Part shown: positions 29,134 through 39,203 of the stretch, in pieces
How positions within the stretch are numbered: the first letter of the stretch is position 1
Layout of the letters: every line of letters starts with the position of its first letter
Origin: an uncultured delta proteobacterium
Lineage (GTDB): Bacteria; Desulfobacterota; Desulfobaccia; Desulfobaccales; 0-14-0-80-60-11
Length of the DNA: 64,000 nucleotides
Direction: 5' to 3'
Assembly (NCBI GenBank): GCA_963812015.1
Contig: CAWETI010000002.1
Span: 32,001 to 96,000 of the forward strand
Notes under the pieces: model-generated
Told to the model about the DNA's origin: nothing
Database searches by the model: none
The model's input: only the letters and a program-made list of their open reading frames with translations
Program-made: the position numbers and the translations under genes

Positions 29134-30303
29134 TCATGATGTGCCGCCTGACCGGGCCGATGCCGCGGCCCCGGCCCCGGCCAAGACCTCTTGGCGCTTA
29201 CCTTCCAGGGTACCCATGAGGGAGTCAAAGGGCTGGTTGAACTTCTCCACCCCTTCGTCTTCCAGTTGCTGGGTGGCCTGGTCGAGGTCGATCCCCAGCT
29301 CCGGCAGGCGCGCCAGGGAGCCGGCGGCCAGGTCCAGCCCCTCCGTCAAGCGGGGGGCCGGATCGCCGTGGTCCCGGTAAGCCTCCAGGGTCTCCGGGGG
29401 CAGGGTGTTGACGGTGTCGGGGGCGATGAGGGGTTCCACGTACTTGACATCGGGGTACGCCGGGTTCTTGGTGCTGGTGCTGGCCCACAGGAGGCGCTGG
29501 GGCCGGGCCCCCCCCTCGGCCAGTTTCTTGAAGCGGGCGCTCCCGAAAATTTCCTGATAGATGCGGTAAGCTTCCTTGGCGCTGGCGATGGCCACCTGGC
29601 CGATCAGTTCCCGCGCTCCCGGGGCCTGGGGCCCACCGGAGGCCGCCAGTTTTTCCAGTTGGGGGTCCAGGAGCACGTCGATGCGGCTCAGGAAGAAACT
29701 GGCCACCGAAGCCACCCGGTCAAGGGGCTGGCCCTGGGCCGCCCGGGCCTCCAGGCCGGCGATATAGGCCTCGGCCACTTCCCGGTAGCGGGGCAGGCCG
29801 AAGAGCAGGGTGACGTTGACGTTGATGCCCTCGCTGATAAGCTGCCGGATGGCCGGCAGGCCCTCTCGGGTGGCGGGCACCTTGATCAGGACATTGGGGC
29901 GGGAGAGGGCCTGCCACAAGCGCCGGGCCTCCGTGATGGTGCCCTGGCTGTCGTGGGCCAGGTGGGGGTTGACCTCCAGGCTGACGAAGCCGTCTTGGCC
30001 TGCCAGCCGGTCATACCCCGGCCGGAAGAGGTCAGCGGCCCGCCCGACGTCTTCCACGGTGAGGGTCTGGTAGATCGCGTCGATGGAGGCCCCCGCCTGG
30101 ACCAGGGCGCGGATGGCCTCGTCGTAGTCGCGGCTGCCGGCAATGGCCTTTTGGAAAATGGCGGGGTTGGACGTGACCCCCTTGAGGCCGTCGTCGTCGA
30201 TGAGCTTTTGGAGTTCCCCGGAGTCGATCATCTGCCGGCGGATATAGTCCAGCCAGATACTCTGGCCAAAGGCGCCCAGTTTCAGCAAGGGGTTCTCTTT
30301 CAT
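29134..30303 (-). CDS. tal: Transaldolase
   Basis: GQSIWLD, GVTSNPAIF, IKVPAT, NVTLLF, ASFFLSR, WAST. Confidence 0.95.
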   Translation of the reverse strand: MKENPLLKLGAFGQSIWLDYIRRQMIDSGELQKLIDDDGLKGVTSNPAIFQKAIAGSRDYDEAIRALVQAGASIDAIYQTLTVEDVGRAADLFRPGYDRLAGQDGFVSLEVNPHLAHDSQGTITEARRLWQALSRPNVLIKVPATREGLPAIRQLISEGINVNVTLLFGLPRYREVAEAYIAGLEARAAQGQPLDRVASVASFFLSRIDVLLDPQLEKLAASGGPQAPGARELIGQVAIASAKEAYRIYQEIFGSARFKKLAEGGARPQRLLWASTSTKNPAYPDVKYVEPLIAPDTVNTLPPETLEAYRDHGDPAPRLTEGLDLAAGSLARLPELGIDLDQATQQLEDEGVEKFNQPFDSLMGTLEGKRQEVLAGAGAAASARSGGTS

Positions 30304-30758
30304 GCCGGTTGCTCCTGTTTTTCCAGGGCTTTGACCTTAGCGAGGCGCCGTTTGAACCGCTCCGCCCCCTTGAAGCTGGCCTTCAAAAAGGCTTTAATCA
30401 GCTCCGCGGCCAGGGCATAACAGGTAACGCGCCCCCCCAGGCACATGATGTTCATGTCGTCGTCCTCCACCCCCTGGTGGGCGGAGTAGGGGTCGGTGAT
30501 GAGCGCGCCCCGGGCCCCCGGCACCTTGTTCACCGCCACGCAGGCGCCCACGCCGCTGCCGCAAACAGCTATGCCCCGGTCCACTTCGCCTCGGGCCACC
30601 GCCCGGGCCAGGGGCGCCACCAAGTCGGGGTAATCATCCTGGGGGGCGTACTCGTTGGCGCCGAAGTCCACCACCTCGTGGCCCAGGGTCTTGAGTTCTT
30701 CCTTCAGTTGTTCCTTCAGTTCGAAGCCACCGTGATCCGCGGCGATGCCCAGACGCAT
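30300..30758 (-). CDS. rpiB: Ribose 5-phosphate isomerase B
   Basis: AADHGG, DDYP, CGSGVG, NKVPG, CLGGR. Confidence 0.95.
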   Translation of the reverse strand: MRLGIAADHGGFELKEQLKEELKTLGHEVVDFGANEYAPQDDYPDLVAPLARAVARGEVDRGIAVCGSGVGACVAVNKVPGARGALITDPYSAHQGVEDDDMNIMCLGGRVTCYALAAELIKAFLKASFKGAERFKRRLAKVKALEKQEQPA

Positions 30759-30827
30759 ATATTTCACCTTTCTCGGTTTGATGGATAGGGGCGCAGGGCG
30801 CACCCTGGGAAAAGCTCTGAAAGGGTT

Positions 30828-30855
30828 GTAAGGGCGGTTCGCAAACCGCCCCTAC
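30828..30855. repeat. GTAG-type REP palindrome
   Basis: GTAAGGGCGGTTCGCAAACCGCCCCTAC. Confidence 0.8.
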
Positions 30856-30871
30856 CGCAGTCATCCCTATT

Positions 30872-32722
30872 CTATTTCCCCTGCTTGATCTGCTTCACCA
30901 GCTTGACGATGGCGCTCCGGGAGATCTCCTCGAAATCCAGGAGTTCCGCTGGCTTGCCGGTTTGGGGTTTCTTGGTCACCGCCAGGGAATAGACGGGCGC
31001 CGGGTGGGGGGCCAGGGCTGCCATGACCGCCTCGCCGATGCCGCCGGCGGGATAATGGTCTTCCACGGTGATCAGGCCTTGGGTGGCTTTGGCGGCCGCC
31101 AGCAAGGTGGCGGCGTCCACCGGCTTGACGCTATAGAGGTCGATGACCCGGATAGTGATCCCCTCTTGCTGCAAGGCATCGTAGGCCGCCAGGGCTTCAA
31201 ACAGGGTGACGCCGGCGCCGATGACCGTGGCCACATCTTGGTCGCTTTGCCGCAGCACCTTGCAGCCGCCAATAGGAAATTCCTCCTCGGGGCCGTAGAT
31301 GATGGGAGTAGCCATGCGGGTGGTGCGGATATAGACGATGCCGGAGTGTTGCAGGGCGGCCTCCACCAGTCGCTCGGTGGACACGGCATCCCCGGGGTAG
31401 AGCACCACGCTGTTTAAAACCGCCCGGAACATGGCCAGGTCCTCCAGGCCCATCTGGGACGGCCCGTCTTCGCCGATGGAAACCCCGGCATGGGACCCGG
31501 CGAACTTGAGGTTGGGCTCGCTGTACTGGCTCATGCGGATCTGGTCGAAGGCCCGGGAGAAAAAGGCCGCAAAGGTGGAGAGGAAGGGGATCTTGCCCCG
31601 GGTGGCCAGCCCCAACCCCGCGCCCACCATGTTTTGCTCGGCGATGTACATTTCGAAAAACTGCTTGGGATAGGCGTCCTCGAAGATCTCGGCGTAGGTG
31701 GAGTTGCTCACCTCGGCATCCAGGCTGACCAGGTGGGGAAATTGCGGAAAAAGCCGCTTTAAGGCGTTGCCGTAGGCCTTGCGGGTGGCCAGGGAGGTCC
31801 CCGGCGCGTAGGCCAGGAGGGCGGCGGGTTGGGGCGCAACCGTCGCCGGTTTCAGGTCCAGGGGCGGGGCCACGACGCCCCGGACCGATTTATCCACCGG
31901 GCCTAACTCCGGTAAGGCCTTGGCCAGCTCTTCCTGGGTTAGGGTCTTGCCGTGCCAGCCGTTTTTGTCCTCCAGGAACGAGACCCCTTTGCCCTTGATG
32001 GTCCGGGCGATGATCATGACGGGTTTGTCCGTTACCAGCATGGCCTGCTCATAGGCGGCCAGGACCTCGGGAAAGGAGTGGCCGTCCACCAGAATGGTTT
32101 CCCAGCCGAAGGCGGCGATGCGGTTTTCGTAGGCCATGAGGTCGTGACCGTACATGGTTTCGCCCCGCTGGCCCAGGCGGTTGACGTCCAGGACCCCCAC
32201 CAGGTTGTCCAACTTATAGTGGGCCGCCAACTGCATGGTCTCCCACTGGGAGCCCTCGGCCATCTCGCTGTCGCCCAGGAGCACGTAGGTGGTATAGGGG
32301 AGCTGGTCCAGATACTTGGCGTTGAGGGCGATGCCCAAGCCGATGGCCAGGCCCTGCCCCAGGGAGCCGGTGGCCGCCTCGGTGTAGCGGAAGCTCATGG
32401 TGGGATGGCCTTCCAGGGGGCTGCCGAAATGGCGGTAGGTCATGAGTTCCGCTTCGGTCATTTTTCCGGCCAAGGCCCACAAGGAATAAAAGAGGGGGGT
32501 GGCGTGCCCCTTGGAAAAGATGAGGCGGTCGTTGTTGGGGTGCTTGGGGTTATCCAGGTCGTACCTGAAGCTGCCCCCGAACATGAGGCCGACCATCAGT
32601 TCGGTGGCCGACAGGGACGAGGTAGGGTGACCGGAGCCGGCCTGGGTGGTCATGGTGAGAATATCATAGCGCATTAGGGCGGCCAGTTTTATCAGGTGGT
32701 CCAACTTTTGAGCATCGGGCAT
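30872..32722 (-). CDS. tkt: Transketolase
   Basis: SGHPTSS, SKGHA, GSLGQG, GDSE, IAEQNM, GEDGPSQM; SD AGGAGG before ATG 32722. Confidence 0.95.
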   Translation of the reverse strand: MPDAQKLDHLIKLAALMRYDILTMTTQAGSGHPTSSLSATELMVGLMFGGSFRYDLDNPKHPNNDRLIFSKGHATPLFYSLWALAGKMTEAELMTYRHFGSPLEGHPTMSFRYTEAATGSLGQGLAIGLGIALNAKYLDQLPYTTYVLLGDSEMAEGSQWETMQLAAHYKLDNLVGVLDVNRLGQRGETMYGHDLMAYENRIAAFGWETILVDGHSFPEVLAAYEQAMLVTDKPVMIIARTIKGKGVSFLEDKNGWHGKTLTQEELAKALPELGPVDKSVRGVVAPPLDLKPATVAPQPAALLAYAPGTSLATRKAYGNALKRLFPQFPHLVSLDAEVSNSTYAEIFEDAYPKQFFEMYIAEQNMVGAGLGLATRGKIPFLSTFAAFFSRAFDQIRMSQYSEPNLKFAGSHAGVSIGEDGPSQMGLEDLAMFRAVLNSVVLYPGDAVSTERLVEAALQHSGIVYIRTTRMATPIIYGPEEEFPIGGCKVLRQSDQDVATVIGAGVTLFEALAAYDALQQEGITIRVIDLYSVKPVDAATLLAAAKATQGLITVEDHYPAGGIGEAVMAALAPHPAPVYSLAVTKKPQTGKPAELLDFEEISRSAIVKLVKQIKQGK

Positions 32723-33034
32723 GTCGCACTTCCTCCTTGCGGCCTGCTTGAATCCTGGTTGCCAAGCTCTGTTCCGAAAAGTTCCAGCTTCAAAGTTCAA
32801 AGTTAGGGGTATGCGCATCAGCAACTTATCATAGTTTCGGGTAGCCAAGGGCTCATGAATAACTGCTTGGGCACCAGAAAAATCGGATTCCGGAATAAAT
32901 GCGTTTAATGGCGGTTAATAAAGAATTACCCCGCTCGTTAAAAGGTCTCCGCCGAGGTACGACGCGCCTTAACGCTTTTCTTTAACTTAATAACGAAACT
33001 CCCTTTGGCAATATCCCGGGACCACAAACCCGGC

Positions 33035-33811
33035 TCACTCGCGGTGCACCGGAAAGGTCAGCTCGGCCCCGTAGGCGCCGATGACGCCCACCAGGGGGGG
33101 CAAGGCGCAGATCAAGGCCAGATAGGCCAGGCTGGGCGCCTCACCTAACCGGGCCAGGATTCCCGGGTCAAGATAACGCCAGACCAAGGCGGCGACCCCC
33201 ACCAGGAGCAGCACGGGGGACAGGATGAGCTTGATGACCACGGGCTTGAGCGGCTTGGCCTCGTAATTCAGCCACCAGGTGAACCAGCCGGTGACCATGG
33301 CCGCCGGGGTGAAGAGAATGCCCCCCGCCAGGCAGTGGAAGCCCGTGACTTCGAAGGATTTCACCCCGGTGAAGAGATACAGAAGGGTGAACCCGGTGGC
33401 GGAGATCATAAACACAATGGGGAAGTGGACCAGCATGGGGTGGGGGTGGCGCTTCAAGAGGGGCGCCCGGTTCACCACCCGCATCCAGAACTGCCGGGCC
33501 GCCGAAGGTCCGGCCATGGGGGCCTCGGCCGGCGCGGTCTCTTCCTTGACGACCGCCACCTGGGGATAGCGGTCGAAAACTTCCTCGCCGTGGGGGGCGT
33601 CCTGAAACTCCCCGGTGAGATCACCCCCGGCCCGGTGGAGGCCCATGTGCTCGCCCCCCGCCCACAAACTGCTGCCGCTGACGTCGTAGATCTTGCCCTT
33701 AAAGGCGATATAGAGGGGTTGGCCGTCGGCCCCGGTCCTGGAAGCCAGTTCCCCGGGGGTCAATTCAGGTTTTTTGTCTTTTTTGTCTTTTTCGTCAGAG
33801 TTTTCGGTCAA
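33035..33811 (-). CDS. Cytochrome b5-like heme domain + DUF2231 membrane domain protein
   Basis: GKIYDVS...HMGLHRAGGDLT...APHG, then HPMLVHFPI and 4 TM helices. Confidence 0.8.
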   Translation of the reverse strand: MTENSDEKDKKDKKPELTPGELASRTGADGQPLYIAFKGKIYDVSGSSLWAGGEHMGLHRAGGDLTGEFQDAPHGEEVFDRYPQVAVVKEETAPAEAPMAGPSAARQFWMRVVNRAPLLKRHPHPMLVHFPIVFMISATGFTLLYLFTGVKSFEVTGFHCLAGGILFTPAAMVTGWFTWWLNYEAKPLKPVVIKLILSPVLLLVGVAALVWRYLDPGILARLGEAPSLAYLALICALPPLVGVIGAYGAELTFPVHRE

Positions 33812-33816
33812 TGCGA

Positions 33817-34359
33817 CTATCCTTTCTCTGCGCCCGGCGGCGGCGTCTCCTGGTCCAGGGGAAAGGTGAGCATGCCCCCGAAGTAGCCGTTGGCCGTCAC
33901 CAGCGGGGTCAGGGACAGGACCAGGAGGAAGTAGAGGAAGTTGACCCCGCTGAGATCATCCAAGACGCGGGGGTTTAGCCACCGCCAAACAAAGGCCGTG
34001 GCGGCGATGCTCATCACCGCGTAGGACAGGGCTTTTTCGATGTGCACGGTCTGGTCCGCCCCGCCGGGATAATTGAGCCGGTGGGTCAACAGGCCGGTGG
34101 CCACCGCCAGGGGCAGGGTGAGCAGCCCGCCTCCCAGGCAGTAAAACGCCGTGGCATCAAAGGATTTGTCCCCCGTAATGACAAAGAGGACGCTGAAAAA
34201 AGTGGCGGACAGCATGAACACGATGGGAAAATGGGACAGCGCCGGATGGGGGTGGCGCCGGAGCCGGGGAAAGCGGTCCAGGAGCCGGGCCCAGGTCGGT
34301 GGCAGCTCCGGCCCAACTGAGGGGGGCGACTCGGGAGTATGTTCTCTTTTATCAGGCAC
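33817..34359 (-). CDS. DUF2231-like membrane protein
   Basis: HPALSHFPIVF and TM helices; paralogue of the C-terminal half of the adjacent gene. Confidence 0.75.
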   Translation of the reverse strand: MPDKREHTPESPPSVGPELPPTWARLLDRFPRLRRHPHPALSHFPIVFMLSATFFSVLFVITGDKSFDATAFYCLGGGLLTLPLAVATGLLTHRLNYPGGADQTVHIEKALSYAVMSIAATAFVWRWLNPRVLDDLSGVNFLYFLLVLSLTPLVTANGYFGGMLTFPLDQETPPPGAEKG

Positions 34360-34363
34360 GGTC

Positions 34364-35302
34364 TTAATGCATCAGGTTGGCCAGCACCAGGCTCAACATG
34401 GCCAGAGGGTAGGCGCTGGCCCGGTTGAAGAGAGCCGCGGCCTGGGCCGGGTCTTTGGTCCGATACAGGCGATAGCCCGGCAGGAGGAGCAGATAGCCCC
34501 CCGCGGCCACGGCCAGTCCCACCATGAACGGTGAGAACCGGAGGGGGGCCACCGAGAGCAGCGCCGCGCTTAAGGCCACGCTGAGGGCGAGGCTCCCCAG
34601 GATAATGGCGCCGGCCCCCTCCGGGCCATGGCGCACCGGAATGGTTTGGGCCCGCAGGCGTCGGTCCTCCTCCACATCATGCCAGTCGGCGGGGATATTC
34701 TGTCCCCCGATTTCCCAGCAGAAGAGCCACAGAAACAGGAGGAACAGGAACCCGGGGGCAGGGTGCGGGTCCACGGCCAAGACCGCGGCCACCCCGCCCA
34801 GGGTCTTGACCAGGCCGCTGACCAGGGTCCTCAGATGGCTGACCCGGAGCAGCCGGCAATAGACCGCCTCCAGCAGGCACCCGCCCACAAAGATATAGGC
34901 GCAGACGGGATTGAGACGGTAGGCCCCCGCCAGGGCCATGGCCGCCCAGGCTGCGGTCCACAGGAGCCCTTCCCCGAAACTCACCTGCCCCTGGGCCATG
35001 GGGTGGCGCAGGAACAGGGCATCCAGATAACCGGCCTTGGTCCGTCCCCCGGCCGCCTCAAGCTTGGCTTGATCGACCCGGTAGTCCACCACGTCGTTTA
35101 AGGCATATACCGCGGTATAGCCGGCGAACACGGTCAACAAGCCCAGGGCCGTCACCCCCAAAGGCGGCAGGCCCCCCAGCCAGAGGAGGGCCGCCAGGGC
35201 CGGCGTGGCCAGGTCCAGCAGGCCATGGGGCGTGCGGGACAGGGCCAGAAAGAGCTTGACCCGGGAAAGCCTGAGGGCCAGGGGGGGCGAGGTGGCGTTC
35301 AG
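34364..35302 (-). CDS. UbiA-family prenyltransferase (probable CTG start)
   Basis: Asp-rich NDVVD and DWHDVEED motifs, many TMs. Frame open upstream of 35161 to CTG at 35302 behind AAGGAGG. Confidence 0.85.
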   Translation of the reverse strand: MNATSPPLALRLSRVKLFLALSRTPHGLLDLATPALAALLWLGGLPPLGVTALGLLTVFAGYTAVYALNDVVDYRVDQAKLEAAGGRTKAGYLDALFLRHPMAQGQVSFGEGLLWTAAWAAMALAGAYRLNPVCAYIFVGGCLLEAVYCRLLRVSHLRTLVSGLVKTLGGVAAVLAVDPHPAPGFLFLLFLWLFCWEIGGQNIPADWHDVEEDRRLRAQTIPVRHGPEGAGAIILGSLALSVALSAALLSVAPLRFSPFMVGLAVAAGGYLLLLPGYRLYRTKDPAQAAALFNRASAYPLAMLSLVLANLMH

Positions 35303-35404
35303 GGACAGCCTCCTTTTGGCGCACCCGGTGCGGGTTTACGCGGCACCGCCGACGGCACCCGGTATGGCCCCCGGGGGGTGCGTAACAGATTGGGATTAAT
35401 CAGT

Positions 35405-35432
35405 AAGATAAGGCCCACCCGGGGCCTGTCAA
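35405..35432 (-). promoter_or_regulatory. Sigma70 promoter for the UbiA operon
   Basis: TTGACA-N16-TATCTT on the minus strand. Confidence 0.5.
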
Positions 35433-35594
35433 GCACCGGCCCCGGCTTTGGCAAGCCGTGAGCCGGTTCCTGGAGGGCGCCGGTTATCCGGTTTCCCGGC
35501 GCCTCTGGAGGGCACCTGAGGGTGGTGAATAAAATTTCAGAGAAATTATTAATGGTTACGGCAACTTCTCCGATTAGGGGATGGCTTTTCCACC

Positions 35595-35623
35595 TTGACA
35601 GGAGTAAGGTGGGTTCTTAGTTT
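35595..35623 (+). promoter_or_regulatory. Sigma70 promoter for the nuo operon
   Basis: TTGACA-N17-TAGTTT. Confidence 0.55.
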
Positions 35624-35729
35624 GTGCATATATCCGCGGCCAAGGCCAGGATTCGAGGACAAGTATGGCCGGCTGGCCCAGGGCTGCTTTAAGCGGTGGC
35701 CCCTCGGCCCGGTTGGATAAGGAACGCCT

Positions 35730-36155
35730 ATGCATCCGGTAGCGCCCGTCACGTTATCCCCCTGGGCGCCGGGGTTATTCAGCTTTGTGCTGTTCGTGGC
35801 CATCGTCCTGGGCCTGTTGGCGGTATTGTTGTTCCTGACCGGCTGGCTGGGGGAGAAGAAGCCCGATCCGGAAAAAGCCCGCCCGTATGAATGTGGGGTG
35901 ATTCCCACCGGGGGGGCCAGGTTCCGCTATCCGGTGCGGTTTTATCTGGTGGCGGTCTTTTTCCTCATCTTCGACGTGGAAGCCGCGTTTATTTTTTCCT
36001 GGGCCGTGGCCATGGAGGATCTGAGCTGGCGCGGCTGGCTCCAGATCTCCTTTTTTATCATCGTCCTGCTGCTCAGCCTCTTCTACATCTGGAAAAAAGG
36101 AGGACTGGATTGGAGCCCCATCGCGCCACCTCGCCGGATAAGCCCGAAAACCTGA
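35730..36155 (+). CDS. nuoA: NADH-quinone oxidoreductase subunit A
   Basis: [25 protein letters not shown]. Confidence 0.95.
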   Translation: MHPVAPVTLSPWAPGLFSFVLFVAIVLGLLAVLLFLTGWLGEKKPDPEKARPYECGVIPTGGARFRYPVRFYLVAVFFLIFDVEAAFIFSWAVAMEDLSWRGWLQISFFIIVLLLSLFYIWKKGGLDWSPIAPPRRISPKT

Positions 36156-38506
36156 TTCTCAGCCGCATCGACGGGCTGGTCAACTGGTGCCGGGCCTACA
36201 GCTTCTGGCCGATGTTCTTCGGGCTGTCCTGCTGTTTTATCGAGGAATCCACCGCGCTCACGCCCCGGTATGACCTGGCCCGGTTCGGGGCGGAAGTCCT
36301 CCGGGGTTCCCCCCGGCAGGCTGACCTGTTGATCATCTCCGGGACGGTATTTAAAAAGATCGCTCCGGTGGTGCTCAGATTGTACGAGCAGATGGCGGAG
36401 CCCAAGTGGGTGATCTCCATGGGGTCCTGCGCCAACAGCGGCGGCATGTACGACTGCTACAGCGTGGTGCAGGGAGTGGACCAGATCATGCCGGTGGACA
36501 TCTATATCCCCGGCTGCCCGCCCCGGCCCGAGGCGGTCTTGCAGGGCCTGGTGAAGCTTCAGGAAAAGGTTAGATCCGAGCGGCCGGCCCGGAAAATCTT
36601 CCACCTGCAGGGCGGCGCCCAGGGGACCCAGAGGCCCCTGGCGGTGGACGGCGTCAACAAATCACGGGATGCCCGGGGCCCCGGTTATTACGGCACGCCC
36701 CTGCGGGGGACCGCAGTGACCCCGCCCTGGTTTTGGGAGAGCCGTTCGGACCTCATGTGGACCCCGCCCCCGGCCCGCATCGAATTGACCGAGGCTGACC
36801 AGTCCCTGGCCCAGGCGCTCCGGGAAAAATTCGGGGACGCGGTGCAGCCTGCGCCCGAGACCTCCGACATGGCGACCTTCCAGGTGGCCGAGGCCCGGGT
36901 CAAAGAGGTGCTGCGCTTCCTCAAGACCGAGGCGGCGCCCCGGTTCCGGCGCCTGGAGGACCTCACCGCGGTGGATGAATCCACCCGCCGGCAACGCTCC
37001 GAATATCCCGATTACACCCTGATTTACCACCTCCTGGCCTTTGAGCCCCCCACCCGCGTGCGGCTGAAAGTGCCCCTCCACGGGACCGATCCCGTCACCC
37101 CAAGCATCACCGATATCTGGCCGTCGGCCAACTGGTACGAGCGGGAATGCTTTGATATGTTCGGCATCCGCTTCGACGGCCACCCCCGTCTCTGGCGGCT
37201 CCTCATGCCCCACGACTGGAAGGGCCATCCCTTAAGGAAGAGCTACCCGGACCGGGCCACCAGTCTTCCGCCCTATACCCAGGCGTCGGCCCGTAAATAT
37301 CAGCCCCTGGACGCCGGCAAATACCTGGAAGGCCGGCTGGGAGCAGACGAGTTCATTTTAAACGTCGGCCCCCACCATCCCAGCACCCACGGCCTGATCC
37401 GCTTTATCCTGGCCCTCCACGGCGAGGAAATCCTGGCCATGGACACGGACATCGGCTACCACCACCGGTCGGTGGAAAAGATCGGCGAGCGCCAGTCCTG
37501 GCACCAGTTCATCCCCTATACCGACCGGGCCGACTACCTGTGCGGGGTGGCCAACAACCTGAGCTACCTCCAGGCCGTGGAAACCCTGGCGGGCATCAAG
37601 GTGCCGGACCGGGCCCAGTTTGTCCGGGTGATGCTCACCGAGTTGTTCCGCCTGAGCAACCACCTGGTGTGGTTCTCCACCTTCACGGTGGATACCGGGG
37701 CTATCACCCCCACCTTTTATGCCTTCGCCGAGCGCGAAAAAATCATGGACATCATCGAGCTCATCACCGGGGGGCGGCTCCACCCGTCCTGGTTCCGGCT
37801 GGGGGGCCTGGCCGCGGACCTGCCGGATGGCTGGAAAGCATTGGTGGACGACTTCGTGAAGGGATTTGCCCACGTGGTTGGTGAACTGGAAAAGGCCGTT
37901 ACCCGGAATCCCATTTGGGAAGCCCGGACCCGGGGCATCGGGGTGCTCTCTTTGGAGGACGCCATGGATTGGGGCGTGACCGGGGCCAACCTCAGGGCCT
38001 GCGGCCTGGAATGGGACCTGAGGAAAAAGTTCCCTTACTCCGCTTACGAGGCCTTTGATTTTGAGATTCCCACCGCCGAGGCGGGCGACAGCTACGCCCG
38101 CTACCTGGTGCGGGTGGCGGAGATGCGCCAGAGTCTCAGGATCATCCAGCAGGCGGCCGACCGGATGCCGCCCGGGCGCTACGTCACTGACGACTACCGC
38201 TACGCCATCCCCCGGAAAGAAGATACCCTGAAGGATATCGAAAGCCTGATCCACCATTTTATCAATATCACCCGGGGGCCCAAGATACCCCGGGGCGAGG
38301 CCTATGCCGCCACGGAGCACCCCCGGGGCGAGCAGGGCTTCTACGTGGTGAGCGACGGTCTCAACATGGCGTATCGAATGCGCATCCGGTCGCCCGGTTT
38401 TGCCAATGTCCAGGTCTTGCCCCTGATGACCGTGGGGCACCTGCTGTCGGATTTTATCGCCCTGATCGGCTCCATCGATTACGTCATGCCGGATATTGAT
38501 CGGTAG
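36110..38506 (+). CDS. nuoBCD: Fused NADH-quinone oxidoreductase subunits B/C/D
   Basis: GLSCCFIE and IPGCPPRPE (B); ERECFDMFG and GHPLRK (C); GPHHPSTHG and RADY (D), all in one frame. TTG start at 36110 after AGGAGG. Confidence 0.93.
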   Translation: MEPHRATSPDKPENLILSRIDGLVNWCRAYSFWPMFFGLSCCFIEESTALTPRYDLARFGAEVLRGSPRQADLLIISGTVFKKIAPVVLRLYEQMAEPKWVISMGSCANSGGMYDCYSVVQGVDQIMPVDIYIPGCPPRPEAVLQGLVKLQEKVRSERPARKIFHLQGGAQGTQRPLAVDGVNKSRDARGPGYYGTPLRGTAVTPPWFWESRSDLMWTPPPARIELTEADQSLAQALREKFGDAVQPAPETSDMATFQVAEARVKEVLRFLKTEAAPRFRRLEDLTAVDESTRRQRSEYPDYTLIYHLLAFEPPTRVRLKVPLHGTDPVTPSITDIWPSANWYERECFDMFGIRFDGHPRLWRLLMPHDWKGHPLRKSYPDRATSLPPYTQASARKYQPLDAGKYLEGRLGADEFILNVGPHHPSTHGLIRFILALHGEEILAMDTDIGYHHRSVEKIGERQSWHQFIPYTDRADYLCGVANNLSYLQAVETLAGIKVPDRAQFVRVMLTELFRLSNHLVWFSTFTVDTGAITPTFYAFAEREKIMDIIELITGGRLHPSWFRLGGLAADLPDGWKALVDDFVKGFAHVVGELEKAVTRNPIWEARTRGIGVLSLEDAMDWGVTGANLRACGLEWDLRKKFPYSAYEAFDFEIPTAEAGDSYARYLVRVAEMRQSLRIIQQAADRMPPGRYVTDDYRYAIPRKEDTLKDIESLIHHFINITRGPKIPRGEAYAATEHPRGEQGFYVVSDGLNMAYRMRIRSPGFANVQVLPLMTVGHLLSDFIALIGSIDYVMPDIDR

Positions 38507-38704
38507 CGGACTGAAATTTGGGTAACACGACATGAATAAAATTTTGAGGCGGGCACGGAGGCCTGCTCCACCGGGAAACAGAAGGTGGGGCGGCCGTCCC
38601 TGGCCGCCACCTTTGGTGGCACAGGCTTTCCAGCCTGTGCGCTGCACCGGCGTTCAACCTTTTTCCCTCTCTCCCAGTGGGTGAGGGGGCAGAAATCCAG
38701 GCTC

Positions 38705-39199
38705 ATGATCCCTGAACCATTACGTGAGAAACTGAAAACCCAGATCGACCAGGCCGAAACCCCCCAGGAACAGGCCGTCAACGTCATGTACGAGATCCAG
38801 CGGCATTACGGCTATCTCACGGACGAAGGGCTGATCGAGGCCGCGGCCCTGGTGGGGATGACCCCCCTGGAGCTGGAGGAATTGGCTACCTTCTACGACT
38901 TCATCTACCGGGAGCCCGTGGGCCGGTTCGTCCTCCACATCTGCGACGGCGTGGTCTGCTGGATGTTCCACGAGGGGTCGCTGTTCGACTATCTGTGCCG
39001 GAAATTGGGGGTGTGCCCCGGGGAGGTCTCCGCCGACGGCATGTTCACCGTGCTGCCCACCGCCTGCATCGGCTACTGCGACCAGGCCCCGGCCATGGTG
39101 GTTAACGGCCGGTTTTTCGGTAATCTCACCCCTTCGCTGATCGATGAGATCCTGGAGCAATTGAAGACCGAACCCTGTGACCTCGTCCTGTGCCGGTGA
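38705..39199 (+). CDS. nuoE: NADH-quinone oxidoreductase subunit E
   Basis: CDGVVC...CIGYC [2Fe-2S] motif, LATFY. Confidence 0.93.
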   Translation: MIPEPLREKLKTQIDQAETPQEQAVNVMYEIQRHYGYLTDEGLIEAAALVGMTPLELEELATFYDFIYREPVGRFVLHICDGVVCWMFHEGSLFDYLCRKLGVCPGEVSADGMFTVLPTACIGYCDQAPAMVVNGRFFGNLTPSLIDEILEQLKTEPCDLVLCR

Positions 39200-39203
39200 T
39201 TGT

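Noticed and set aside
32745..32767. TTGGCA sigma54-like site upstream of tkt
   Set aside because: The -12 position reads TC rather than GC.
35520..35640. Rex-like operator upstream of nuoA
   Set aside because: Only half-site similarity; the palindrome is too poor.
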